Positions 1 to 8,446 of a stretch of DNA of 64,000 bases are shown here, one piece after another. The stretch covers positions 8,907-72,906 of the forward strand of contig CACGIE010000004.1 in the NCBI GenBank assembly GCA_902573015.1, written 5' to 3'. Within the stretch, counting starts at the first letter, position 1, and the number at the start of each line of letters is the position of its first letter. The DNA is from an uncultured Candidatus Poseidoniales archaeon (lineage in GTDB: Archaea > Thermoplasmatota > Poseidoniia > Poseidoniales > Thalassarchaeaceae). Under the pieces are notes generated by a model. That model saw nothing but the letters and a program-made list of their open reading frames with translations. It made no database searches and had not been told where the DNA came from. The translations under genes were made by a program, and so were the position numbers.

Positions 1-608
1 TGCAGTTTCTTCCAATCGTATACCTCTACCTCTACGTTGGCCTTGTCCTTGGCCCATTCCTCCGCTCTCTTTGCGTATTCCATCGGGTAAAGCACGTTTG
101 CAGGCTCATTGCCCAAGTCTCTTGCTAGATGGACCCCTTCCGCTACTGAACCTACCTTGCTCAGCTCTCGAGCCAATGACTCCTGATATCTCGAGCTTGC
201 TTGGAAAGATACGTTCCAAGGTTCAGATATGTGATCCTTCGGTAACTCTTGGTGCTCCAGGAACTCGTAGTCCCGCAGTAGCATCCCCTCGGCAAAGTCG
301 ATCATTCTCTTCACTGACCAACCTGAAGTGAATCTCACCGTCACGTCGATGCCCTTCTTTTTGGACAAAGAAGATATCAGTCTGGCACCAGTGTTCCTGG
401 CTCTCTTGTTTCCGAGAGAATCCTTCTCCCCCATGCCGACTAGGATGATATTGCACCCCGGAGTCCAAAGCGTCATCCTCCTGCCTTTCTTCCCATCGAA
501 GCCTCCGGATGAGAGGGCGTCTCTCACTAGACTACGTTGACTCCTACTCAGCCCTCTGAGAGAGTTGTTTGGCGCCTTATCAACTCCTTCGAAGAGAGGG
601 AGAACCAT
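1..608 (-). CDS. pepA: Leucyl aminopeptidase (peptidase M17), N-terminal part; the gene runs off the left edge
   Basis: My own minus-strand translation from the ATG at 608-606 stays open to position 1. It is absent from the ORF track because it is truncated. Sequence: MVLPLFEGVDKAP...NIILVGMGEKDSLG...VHLARDLGNEPANVLYPMEYAKRAEEWAK. The LVGxGK and ARDLxNxPxN strings are typical of M17 enzymes. Confidence 0.65.
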   Translation of the reverse strand, partial: MVLPLFEGVDKAPNNSLRGLSRSQRSLVRDALSSGGFDGKKGRRMTLWTPGCNIILVGMGEKDSLGNKRARNTGARLISSLSKKKGIDVTVRFTSGWSVKRMIDFAEGMLLRDYEFLEHQELPKDHISEPWNVSFQASSRYQESLARELSKVGSVAEGVHLARDLGNEPANVLYPMEYAKRAEEWAKDKANVEVEVYDWKKL

Positions 609-730
609 TTGTGATCCTAATTCTGTAAATTCACTGCATGCTATTTTCATATTTAGCCTCAAAGAGCCGATTAGTAACCAGTTTACAAACAATTCCTTCT
701 AAAAAACACAATTTCAGAGTCAAAATAAGA

Positions 731-2146
731 CTACAGCTCTTCAACTCTGATCTCTCTCTTTCCCAATGCAGCCAGGAAAATGCAGGCTATACTAAGAAAT
801 ACCGATGGCGATGGAAGGGCCGCGTTTCTACTGTGACTATTCTCGATAATTGAATCGTTGACAGGTTCCGAAATCCATCCCGACGCATCTATCACTCTCT
901 TCTGGTAGAATAAGTGGAAAGCTCCTTGCCCATTAGAAATAGGCGTATCTCCGAAGTTAAGAATCGACTCCGTGCTGTTGGTAGCGTTCACCCCGAATCC
1001 ACACCCAGGAGAAGAGTAGTTGAACCCAAAACCCTCAATCTCACAGGGCGATTTTCCTGGATCATCTCCGACTGGGAACCAGGTTCTCTCCTCAGTAACA
1101 TACACCAAAGTGGCATTAGCGGTACTCGATCTCCCGAGGTTGGACACCTCCAGGCGGACCTCGCCCCCCTCTTCTATCACCATTGCATCAATGAAGAGAC
1201 GAGCCCTCCAGTACCAGACATTCTCAATCAGATACAACATCACATCTAGCTCCTCAGCCAGCCTATCAGATACCGACTCAACCGTCCCAAGTAGGAACTG
1301 CTCGTCATCAGTCTCGAACGTGAAAGTCGGGTAGCCCATGACGCCATAGCCGTAGTCCCGGCTAGTGCCGCAATTTGGGTATAGGCCTTGGTTCGCGTTT
1401 CGAATAGGAATGTCCGAAATGTTCGAGTTCACTTCGTCTCTAATATGGTGATACATCTCCCAGTCAGGAGGTTGCTCTGGCCATTTTCCCCATGGATACA
1501 GCATAATCCAAACTCCGGTATGCATTGTGACGTACAAATCTGCATCAGGAACCACATCATTCATGTAAATTGAATTTGCAAGGGTCTCTGATTCACTGAA
1601 TGCAGAACTTCCTGGCTGAGTTGTGGGGCATGTGTTCCAGTAATGATCGTAGTTTCTATTCAGGTCTACTTGATTCACGTTCCATCTGGTATCGAAGTCA
1701 TTTCCATCCGCATTCAGCATGATTAGGATGTGCAACTCGGTATTTGAAAGAACATCTATCACATCCTGCTCACCGTCAGACCACCCCTCGATGTAATACT
1801 CTGCAGTGATGAATGCCAACTCCGTCCCCAAATGCTCGTTACCATGATGGCCGCCGTCGATGTACACCACTTCTTTGGCAGTTCCATCCGGCTTGTTCTC
1901 CAGACTCCAGTCTGAAATCTGTAACATCCAGAGATTTCTTCCTAGTTCTGTTTGGCCTACAACCAGTAGGTTCACGATATCTGGATGCTCATCTGCCCAG
2001 GCATTCAGATCTAGAGTAAGTGTTGCATATGAGTGGTACCAGTGTTCCTGGATAATATCCGGTTGGCTAATCTGGGCCGTTACTGCCGGTGAAGCAGATG
2101 AAAGTGCAAACGAAGCAACCAGAATTGTTGCTATCCAGCGGCGCAT
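731..2146 (-). CDS. Secreted zinc carboxypeptidase, peptidase M14 family, with a C-terminal hydrophobic anchor
   Basis: N-terminal signal-like MRRWIATILVASFALSSASPAVTA. M14 motifs HHGNEHLGTE and NADGNDFD...VDLNRNYDHYW. C-terminal hydrophobic stretch FLSIACIFLAALG. Confidence 0.85.
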   Translation of the reverse strand: MRRWIATILVASFALSSASPAVTAQISQPDIIQEHWYHSYATLTLDLNAWADEHPDIVNLLVVGQTELGRNLWMLQISDWSLENKPDGTAKEVVYIDGGHHGNEHLGTELAFITAEYYIEGWSDGEQDVIDVLSNTELHILIMLNADGNDFDTRWNVNQVDLNRNYDHYWNTCPTTQPGSSAFSESETLANSIYMNDVVPDADLYVTMHTGVWIMLYPWGKWPEQPPDWEMYHHIRDEVNSNISDIPIRNANQGLYPNCGTSRDYGYGVMGYPTFTFETDDEQFLLGTVESVSDRLAEELDVMLYLIENVWYWRARLFIDAMVIEEGGEVRLEVSNLGRSSTANATLVYVTEERTWFPVGDDPGKSPCEIEGFGFNYSSPGCGFGVNATNSTESILNFGDTPISNGQGAFHLFYQKRVIDASGWISEPVNDSIIENSHSRNAALPSPSVFLSIACIFLAALGKREIRVEEL

Positions 2147-2174
2147 GCGCCGCTGTAGGGGTTATAACGTACAA

Positions 2175-3131
2175 TTATTCTCCTACTTTGCTTCCAGAAT
2201 TGGCTATGTGGGACGCCACTATCTTCGTCGCGATAAGTGCTGCACTGAACTCAGTCAATGAACCCTCAGTCCCTGGAACGATTTCGTTTACATCCGCACC
2301 AACAACTTCGCAATTCCTAGATGCGAATAGATTCTCAATCAATTCTACGGAACCCCAGTGACTCAATCCCCCCGGAACTGGTGTTCCGGTCGCTGGAACT
2401 AGTGAACCATCAAGACCATCAACGTCGAAGGTTAGCCAAACCGGACCAGAGATGCTTGAAATTCTGTCCACTAACCTCTCCCATTCTAGCTTCCCACCAA
2501 CGACGGACAGTAGATCTCTTGCGAACCAAGTCTCAACCCTATCTTCTTTCTGTATCATCTCTTCTTCCTCATTACAGAATGCCCTAACCCCAATCTGTAT
2601 CACTCTGCCCACCCCCAAGTCCAGAGCCCGACGCATTACCGTCCCATGGGAAAACCTCTCTCCGTTCAACTCCTCCCTCAGATCAGCATGCGCATCGATC
2701 TGAACTACTGTCAGTTCTGAAATATCCCCAACAGAAGGGTGCTGGTGTAAATTCTCCAGTATCGGAAGCAGTATCCCGTGTTCTCCCCCAAGAACCAGGG
2801 GGAACTCCTGACCAGTAAACCATGGTCTGACATGTTCTCCGATGGAGTCCAATTGCTCCCTGAGGCTTGGTGCCTCAGAGGACCATGGTGAAGCAGTGTG
2901 AATCCTTGTCCCGCTCGGTAGATCTCTTGGGAGAATTGAGTCATGCAACTCTACCTGAGCGCTTGCTTCGATGCATGCCTTAGGGCCGCGACGAGTTCCT
3001 TCTCCGTAACTGCAAGTCATCTCAAGAGGAATCTGTAGTATCACGATATCCCAAGGACCAATTTCCGACTCCTCAAGTGCGAGGAAAGTATGACTGCCGG
3101 GCTCATCCATGGTTACTCGAGAAGAGAGCAC
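2175..3131 (-). CDS. speB: Agmatinase / ureohydrolase (arginase family)
   Basis: Arginase-fold Mn-binding motifs GGEHGI, VQIDAHADLR and LTFDVDGLDGSLVPATGTPVPGGLS. Confidence 0.85.
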   Translation of the reverse strand: MLSSRVTMDEPGSHTFLALEESEIGPWDIVILQIPLEMTCSYGEGTRRGPKACIEASAQVELHDSILPRDLPSGTRIHTASPWSSEAPSLREQLDSIGEHVRPWFTGQEFPLVLGGEHGILLPILENLHQHPSVGDISELTVVQIDAHADLREELNGERFSHGTVMRRALDLGVGRVIQIGVRAFCNEEEEMIQKEDRVETWFARDLLSVVGGKLEWERLVDRISSISGPVWLTFDVDGLDGSLVPATGTPVPGGLSHWGSVELIENLFASRNCEVVGADVNEIVPGTEGSLTEFSAALIATKIVASHIANSGSKVGE

Positions 3132-3225
3132 AGATTAACCACTTCGGGCGAGTTGGACGATAGAAATAGAGCAATTAGCAAGATGTTTGAAATAACCTCG
3201 GCTTCCATCGGGAGTCGGTGAGAAG

Positions 3226-3636
3226 ATGGGACTAACGTTAGCACAGCTTACTCAGGCCATCAAGAGCAAGGTGGATGTCTCCATGGAGACTCATGTGGCT
3301 GAGTCAATAGCAGAACACGCATTGGGCTTCTTTGGCTTCTCAAACAGAATTATCGATAATGCACTCGAGCCAACAGACAGGAACATGTTCTACCAGTTGC
3401 AGGACTATGATCTACTAACCACAGAGTCCGAGGAGACCACCCTTTGGGATGGAAGGGAGTGGAGGATCCATTACTGGAAGTTCAAAGCAAACGCTGAGAA
3501 CTTTGCTAACTTGACCGCTCAGAATGAAGACAAGGGAGAGGAAGATCCCTATGCGGATATCTACGATGGTATGCCTGCAGGGCTTTGGAGAGAGAGGTCA
3601 GGGGTAGACGACGACTATGAGGAACCTTTGTTCTAG
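3226..3636 (+). CDS. Hypothetical acidic protein
   Basis: 136-aa ORF with no competing ORF and a coding-like composition. I recognise no motif. Confidence 0.45.
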   Translation: MGLTLAQLTQAIKSKVDVSMETHVAESIAEHALGFFGFSNRIIDNALEPTDRNMFYQLQDYDLLTTESEETTLWDGREWRIHYWKFKANAENFANLTAQNEDKGEEDPYADIYDGMPAGLWRERSGVDDDYEEPLF

Positions 3637-3660
3637 TTATGTCAGCAGTCATGCTGGGAA

Positions 3661-6600
3661 TTGTTTGAAATGCCGCAGTGTGCGGAGGACCACATGACCA
3701 GAGCCTTCTCGATAGCAGTAGTGCTTTCGATGCTGGCGGTTTGCGTACCTTCGTCGCTAGCTTGGGCGGAGGAAGGACAAATCAATAGTTGTGATATCCT
3801 TGCAGATTGGGATCAGCAATGGGACTTCTCAGAAGATGGAGGATCCGATGTCTCTCTTGTTCACAGGTATAGGGTACTTTTCGATCCGCCACTCTCTGAC
3901 TCCCTGGCACATGAAGAATTCAACACTAGCGTCGAGCATACCAGTGGCTCGTTACAATCACTGGGACAAAACACCTCGATTTTCATGGCTGGAGGGGAGA
4001 TGGAAATAATCCTGGAAGAACAGCCTCAGTTTGGAGACTATGTCTCGATATCTGTCCAATCTCCAGCCGCCTCATGTAGTCGCTCGCTGAATATTACAAA
4101 CTGGAACCAACCAATCTCAGATCATGAGATCACTAGGGAAACCCATTGGTCACTTTCAGGAATGGAGGGAGATAGTCAGGGAGTCACTTTCGAAGGCAGA
4201 GGTTGGCAAAAGAGAACTGGTAACGTCTTAGAGTCCAATGAACTAGGAAATGGCACTCTAGCCCTAGACATGGGGTCTAGTTCACAGGGAGCAGCAATAG
4301 ATCTTGAATTGGACAGAATCTGGCTAAATGAGACATATCATGGAATCGAACTAATTAGCCAAGACTTCGAGATGTCTGGTTCTGGCCAGATCGCAATTTC
4401 AATCGATGAAGGTGATGAGGGGGCGATAATTAACGCGGAGATCAAGGATGCTTATGTCCTAAGGTCATTCAAAGATGGCGAGATCACTGAGAGGATGATG
4501 TTCGAAGGAGATGGATGGATTTCTATTGATGGCGGAGATAATGAGAGCTCCGGAGGAGTTTTCGGAGAGGTATTCTTGCTTTACTTCGAGACTTGGGACG
4601 AGGATGGCTTTCGCAGACTTCAGGACATCCAGATTGAAGCCAATGCATCTGCCAGAATTTCTGCTGCAGGAGAGTTCTTCTCCTTCGAATTGGAGGAGCT
4701 AATACTCAGAGAGAAATGGGAAGAGGGAGTCAGGACCGACCAGTATTCTAGGATTTTCGGAAGCGGGCAGTTTGACTTCATAGCCTCAGATGAGGCCCCA
4801 TACATCGAGGTCAATGGTACTATCCCAATAATTCACATGCAGTCAGAAGGCGGAGAGACAGTTGCTGATACAATAATTGTTGATGGTACCTATGATGGCG
4901 ACGCTGAGGGGTCCTTTGGTCTGGTTCGTAGGATTGTGGATTCGGATGTCTATGGTAATGCAACCGGGACCCTTTTTGAGGCTGACAAAATCCAGAATGA
5001 ATTTTGGTTCAACGTCTCTGCCACGCCTTTCGGTCCAATAGATCAGGAGTGGGGAGCAGAGCACAACCTGACCTATGAGTATGTAGTCCCCCAAGAGGAC
5101 TGGATGAATCGAACGATTCGTTATACATATGTCGAGGATAACGGGTCCACAGAGGACGAGTTCCCAGATAACTCCCCTATCATCCAGAATCCAGATTCTC
5201 CCGAAGCGAACGCCATCTTCTCTAATCACATCTCTAGAGAGACCGGAGTATGCCCTCAGATATTGGCAATAGGAGATAGTTTCCAACTCATAGGGAATAA
5301 GGAAATAGCCCTGGATGTATCCGTAATAAGCAGCAAAGTAGCATACATAGATGGTCATCAGATTTCAGTAGCCGAGTGGAATGGTATCTTCGGAGGCATC
5401 AGCTCGGCGAATGGCAGCATTATCAACGAGGGGCCTCTTTCTGGATTGCTGAACGAAGTCAGTAGAGTAGTAACATTGGAAATAGGTGAGAACTCCGAGA
5501 TTTCTCTGATAGAAGAGCAGAGAGTGGATAGGATTCTTTCTCCTTCGATAGTTACATTCGATGAGAACACCCCTCCCATGCTCTCCAGCAACTCGGAGTC
5601 CTCGGTAAGGTTCCGCGAGTCTGTCTTATCTTCAGAGGGTGGCATTGCTCACTTAGAAATCTCCATCGATGACATAGATACGGACACGAAATCTGTGATC
5701 GTGGATCTTTCCTCTATCGGCATGGGTCTTATCGAACTCTCAGACTCGGGCCTTTCGGGCGATCTTGTCATTCACGATGATGTCTGGACGGCGAAAATTG
5801 TCCATAACGGCCTCCAGAGCGGTAATATTCCAATCTCTGTAATCATGGAGGATTATTGGGTTACAAATCAACAGGATGTCAGTATACAGATTTCCAATGC
5901 ACCACCTCGTCTCATTCACCTTGACTTCTCTCCTGACAGCGCATTCAGGGGTGATGAGGTTCAAGTTCACCTAGGCGCCTATGATGGCCACGGAATCAAG
6001 TCTGTTTCCGTTAACCTACAGTCCATGGGCGGGCCAATGGTCGAATTATCGCCAGAGCCTGTCGAATCTGACTGGGAATGGCAGCATAACGGGGATACAA
6101 GATTGACGGAAATAACGATTTGGTCGGGCTCCTTCCGAATTCCTCCAAGTATGTCTCCGGGGAGGCAGAATATCCCCATCCATCTGGAGGACCAGGAGGG
6201 AGGCTCAACTACTACCACTTTGATTGGTGGAATTCTCTCCAGTAAGATAGGAAGGCAAGCAGAGAAAGTCCTCATAGGAAATCAACCACCCTCCATCACT
6301 AATCTTACGATTCTAAGGGATGGGATTCCAGTCGATCAAGTCACGTCACTTAATTCCGGAGGGGAGTTGAATTACACCCTAGAGGCAACCATTCAGGACT
6401 TCGATGGAGTCTCCTCTGCCCAGGCAAAGATAGGAAGACTTGCACCCATAGGTCAGTCAGAGGTATGGCAGTTGATGTCAGATAACGGGATTGGACCCGA
6501 TAGGGTAGCTAATGACGGAGTATTCTCATTGTCATTCTCGGCTAGATCTTCTCTCAGCGAGGGGGAGATGACATTGCTCATCCGTGCGACTGACATCTTC

Positions 6601-6786
6601 CTTTCCACGACCGCGGAACAAGACCAACAGCACAATGTTTCCATTACTAAGTCAGACTCCGCAAAATCGGGGTCTTCTTGGATTTCTTCCAACTCTACTA
6701 CAATAATTCTGATTTCACTTGTGACATTGCTTGCTGTAGGGGTCGGGACATTCATCAGCATTGTAAGGAATTCAGAATTGGACTAG
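3661..6786 (+). CDS. Large secreted, membrane-anchored surface protein with three C-terminal Ig-like repeats
   Basis: 1041-aa ORF with a signal-like segment (AFSIAVVLSMLAVCVPSSLAWA) and a C-terminal TM helix (IILISLVTLLAVGVGTFISIV). It is acidic and rich in N-x-S/T. Three repeats of about 110-125 aa each start with xPPxL/I. The start may be the ATG at 3670 or 3694 rather than the TTG at 3661. Confidence 0.7.
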   Translation: MFEMPQCAEDHMTRAFSIAVVLSMLAVCVPSSLAWAEEGQINSCDILADWDQQWDFSEDGGSDVSLVHRYRVLFDPPLSDSLAHEEFNTSVEHTSGSLQSLGQNTSIFMAGGEMEIILEEQPQFGDYVSISVQSPAASCSRSLNITNWNQPISDHEITRETHWSLSGMEGDSQGVTFEGRGWQKRTGNVLESNELGNGTLALDMGSSSQGAAIDLELDRIWLNETYHGIELISQDFEMSGSGQIAISIDEGDEGAIINAEIKDAYVLRSFKDGEITERMMFEGDGWISIDGGDNESSGGVFGEVFLLYFETWDEDGFRRLQDIQIEANASARISAAGEFFSFELEELILREKWEEGVRTDQYSRIFGSGQFDFIASDEAPYIEVNGTIPIIHMQSEGGETVADTIIVDGTYDGDAEGSFGLVRRIVDSDVYGNATGTLFEADKIQNEFWFNVSATPFGPIDQEWGAEHNLTYEYVVPQEDWMNRTIRYTYVEDNGSTEDEFPDNSPIIQNPDSPEANAIFSNHISRETGVCPQILAIGDSFQLIGNKEIALDVSVISSKVAYIDGHQISVAEWNGIFGGISSANGSIINEGPLSGLLNEVSRVVTLEIGENSEISLIEEQRVDRILSPSIVTFDENTPPMLSSNSESSVRFRESVLSSEGGIAHLEISIDDIDTDTKSVIVDLSSIGMGLIELSDSGLSGDLVIHDDVWTAKIVHNGLQSGNIPISVIMEDYWVTNQQDVSIQISNAPPRLIHLDFSPDSAFRGDEVQVHLGAYDGHGIKSVSVNLQSMGGPMVELSPEPVESDWEWQHNGDTRLTEITIWSGSFRIPPSMSPGRQNIPIHLEDQEGGSTTTTLIGGILSSKIGRQAEKVLIGNQPPSITNLTILRDGIPVDQVTSLNSGGELNYTLEATIQDFDGVSSAQAKIGRLAPIGQSEVWQLMSDNGIGPDRVANDGVFSLSFSARSSLSEGEMTLLIRATDIFLSTTAEQDQQHNVSITKSDSAKSGSSWISSNSTTIILISLVTLLAVGVGTFISIVRNSELD

Positions 6787-6788
6787 AA

Positions 6789-6863
6789 TGGTGCGAGTGC
6801 CGGGATTTGAACCCGGGTTCCCACGTTGGCAACGTGGGGTGATAACCGCTACACTACACTCGC
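6789..6863 (-). tRNA. tRNA-Gly (anticodon GCC), CCA encoded
   Basis: Reverse complement is GCGAGTG TA GTGTAGCGGTTATCAC C CCACG TTGCCAA CGTGG GAAC CCGGGTTCAAATCCCGG CACTCGC A CCA. This gives a 7-bp acceptor stem, a 5-bp anticodon stem, a 5-bp T stem with a TTCAAAT loop, and GCC in the anticodon position. Confidence 0.9.
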
Positions 6864-6892
6864 GCAGGCTTTTGCAGGGCCGACTGGCTTTT

Positions 6893-7276
6893 CTAAGCGT
6901 CGGTAGCCGTGTCAACAATCGCATTCACTCTCGCTCTAATTTCATCTCTCGTTATTCTATAGGCTTCAATCTCCCTACCAAACGGGTCTTCCAACCCCCA
7001 GTCCTCGTCTATTGGCAGGATTGGACAACTAACGCCACACCCCATGCTGATTATTTTGTCAAATTTTTCAGGATCGACAAGATCTACAGATTTAGGATGA
7101 AGGCCCTCGGTGTCGATGGAGATTTCCTCGAGCACTATCAGGGCATTTGGTGCCACCCCTCTGCCTTCTGGAGGATGAGTTCCAGCAGAAGATGCGGTAT
7201 GCCCCAAATCTCTAGCAATGGCCTCAGCCATCTGACTTCTACATGTATTTCCGACGCAAACGAACAGGAGTCGCAT
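6893..7276 (-). CDS. Low-molecular-weight phosphotyrosine phosphatase / ArsC-type arsenate reductase family
   Basis: N-terminal P-loop signature LFVCVGNTCRSQMAEA (CX5R-S). Length of 127 aa is typical for the family. Confidence 0.85.
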   Translation of the reverse strand: MRLLFVCVGNTCRSQMAEAIARDLGHTASSAGTHPPEGRGVAPNALIVLEEISIDTEGLHPKSVDLVDPEKFDKIISMGCGVSCPILPIDEDWGLEDPFGREIEAYRITRDEIRARVNAIVDTATDA

Positions 7277-7373
7277 GAATACAGCACGCGGTAGTGACTA
7301 ATTAACCGATTTACAATATTGGATATAGTCTAAATCTCTTCAGAATAGGTTTCAATAATATCCCTTCGAACGG

Positions 7374-8393
7374 ATGGCCATGGCTGACTCTCCTGTGTCA
7401 CATCATCCTTCCGGATCTTCTGCGGAAACAGGCAATGCCGAGGCCTCAAATGAGCAGAGAGCCCAGATGGAACAGGCTTACCAGCAGATGCAGAGAAAGA
7501 TGAGAATTGGTAAGATGGACGAGCAGATAAAACACAAAATCATGGTACTCTCGGGCAAAGGGGGAGTTGGAAAATCAACAGTTGCCACGGGACTTGCCCT
7601 TTCTCTGGCACGCGAGGGAAAGAAAGTCGGATTGATGGATATTGACATTACAGGCCCCAATGTACCTAAGATGCTAGGTCTCGAAGATGCAGATCTGAAC
7701 GTCGAAGAGGGCCAGATTCATCCGGCCGAAGGGCCCGCTGGACTCAAGGTGATTTCAATGGCCTTCCTACTTGAGGACCCAGACAAGCCGGTAATCTGGC
7801 GTGGACCCATAAAGTTGGGAGCAATTCAGCAGTTCATTGGTGACGTAGCATGGGGTGAACTAGATGCCCTCATCATCGACTTTCCACCTGGAACTGGTGA
7901 TGAACCATTGACAGTCAGTCAGAGCCTCCCCGGGATAGACGGCGTAGTGATCGTGACTACTCCTCAAGAGGTCGCCCTCCTAGATAGTAGGAAGTCGATC
8001 AACTTCGCCAAAACAATCTCAGTTCCGGTCCTAGGAGTTGTAGAGAATATGAGCGGATATACCATCAGAGGGGAATCCGAACCTAACTCTAAGATTTCAA
8101 TAATGGGCCCGGGAGGGGTGCCTATTGACTGCCAATCAGACAATGACGGGAGGTGGGAGGTCACTCTGGATGTCTTCAAGTCAGGCGGAGGGGAAGAATC
8201 ATCCATAGAATTAGAGGTCCCTTTCCTAGGGTCCCTCCCTTTCGATCCCGGAATAGTTAGAGGTGGAGATGATGGAGTGCATCGAATAATTGCAGAGCCG
8301 GAGGGAGAAACAGCCAAGGCATTCAATTCTATAGTGGAAGGAATCGTTGAGCAACTCGAAAAGGGCTCACAACGTTCTCTAAGGATAATCTAA
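7374..8393 (+). CDS. Mrp/NBP35 (ApbC) family P-loop ATPase, atypical: no CxxC motif
   Basis: Deviant Walker A in [12 protein letters not shown], plus DFPPGTGDE and VVENMSG. The usual CxxC after ENMS is replaced by an insertion of about 35 aa that has a single Cys. Confidence 0.85.
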   Translation: MAMADSPVSHHPSGSSAETGNAEASNEQRAQMEQAYQQMQRKMRIGKMDEQIKHKIMVLSGKGGVGKSTVATGLALSLAREGKKVGLMDIDITGPNVPKMLGLEDADLNVEEGQIHPAEGPAGLKVISMAFLLEDPDKPVIWRGPIKLGAIQQFIGDVAWGELDALIIDFPPGTGDEPLTVSQSLPGIDGVVIVTTPQEVALLDSRKSINFAKTISVPVLGVVENMSGYTIRGESEPNSKISIMGPGGVPIDCQSDNDGRWEVTLDVFKSGGGEESSIELEVPFLGSLPFDPGIVRGGDDGVHRIIAEPEGETAKAFNSIVEGIVEQLEKGSQRSLRII

Positions 8394-8446
8394 GGTCTAA
8401 TCCTTGCGTCGAATTGATGACATAGTAACAGTCCCAAGAGTACGTA

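Noticed and set aside
4843-5358. 171-aa antisense ORF inside the large surface-protein gene, with similar shadow ORFs at 8977-9438, 32864-33427, 41843-42217, 44253-44669 and 51278-51748
   Set aside because: All are nested antisense within longer ORFs that have better coding features. None carries a recognisable motif.
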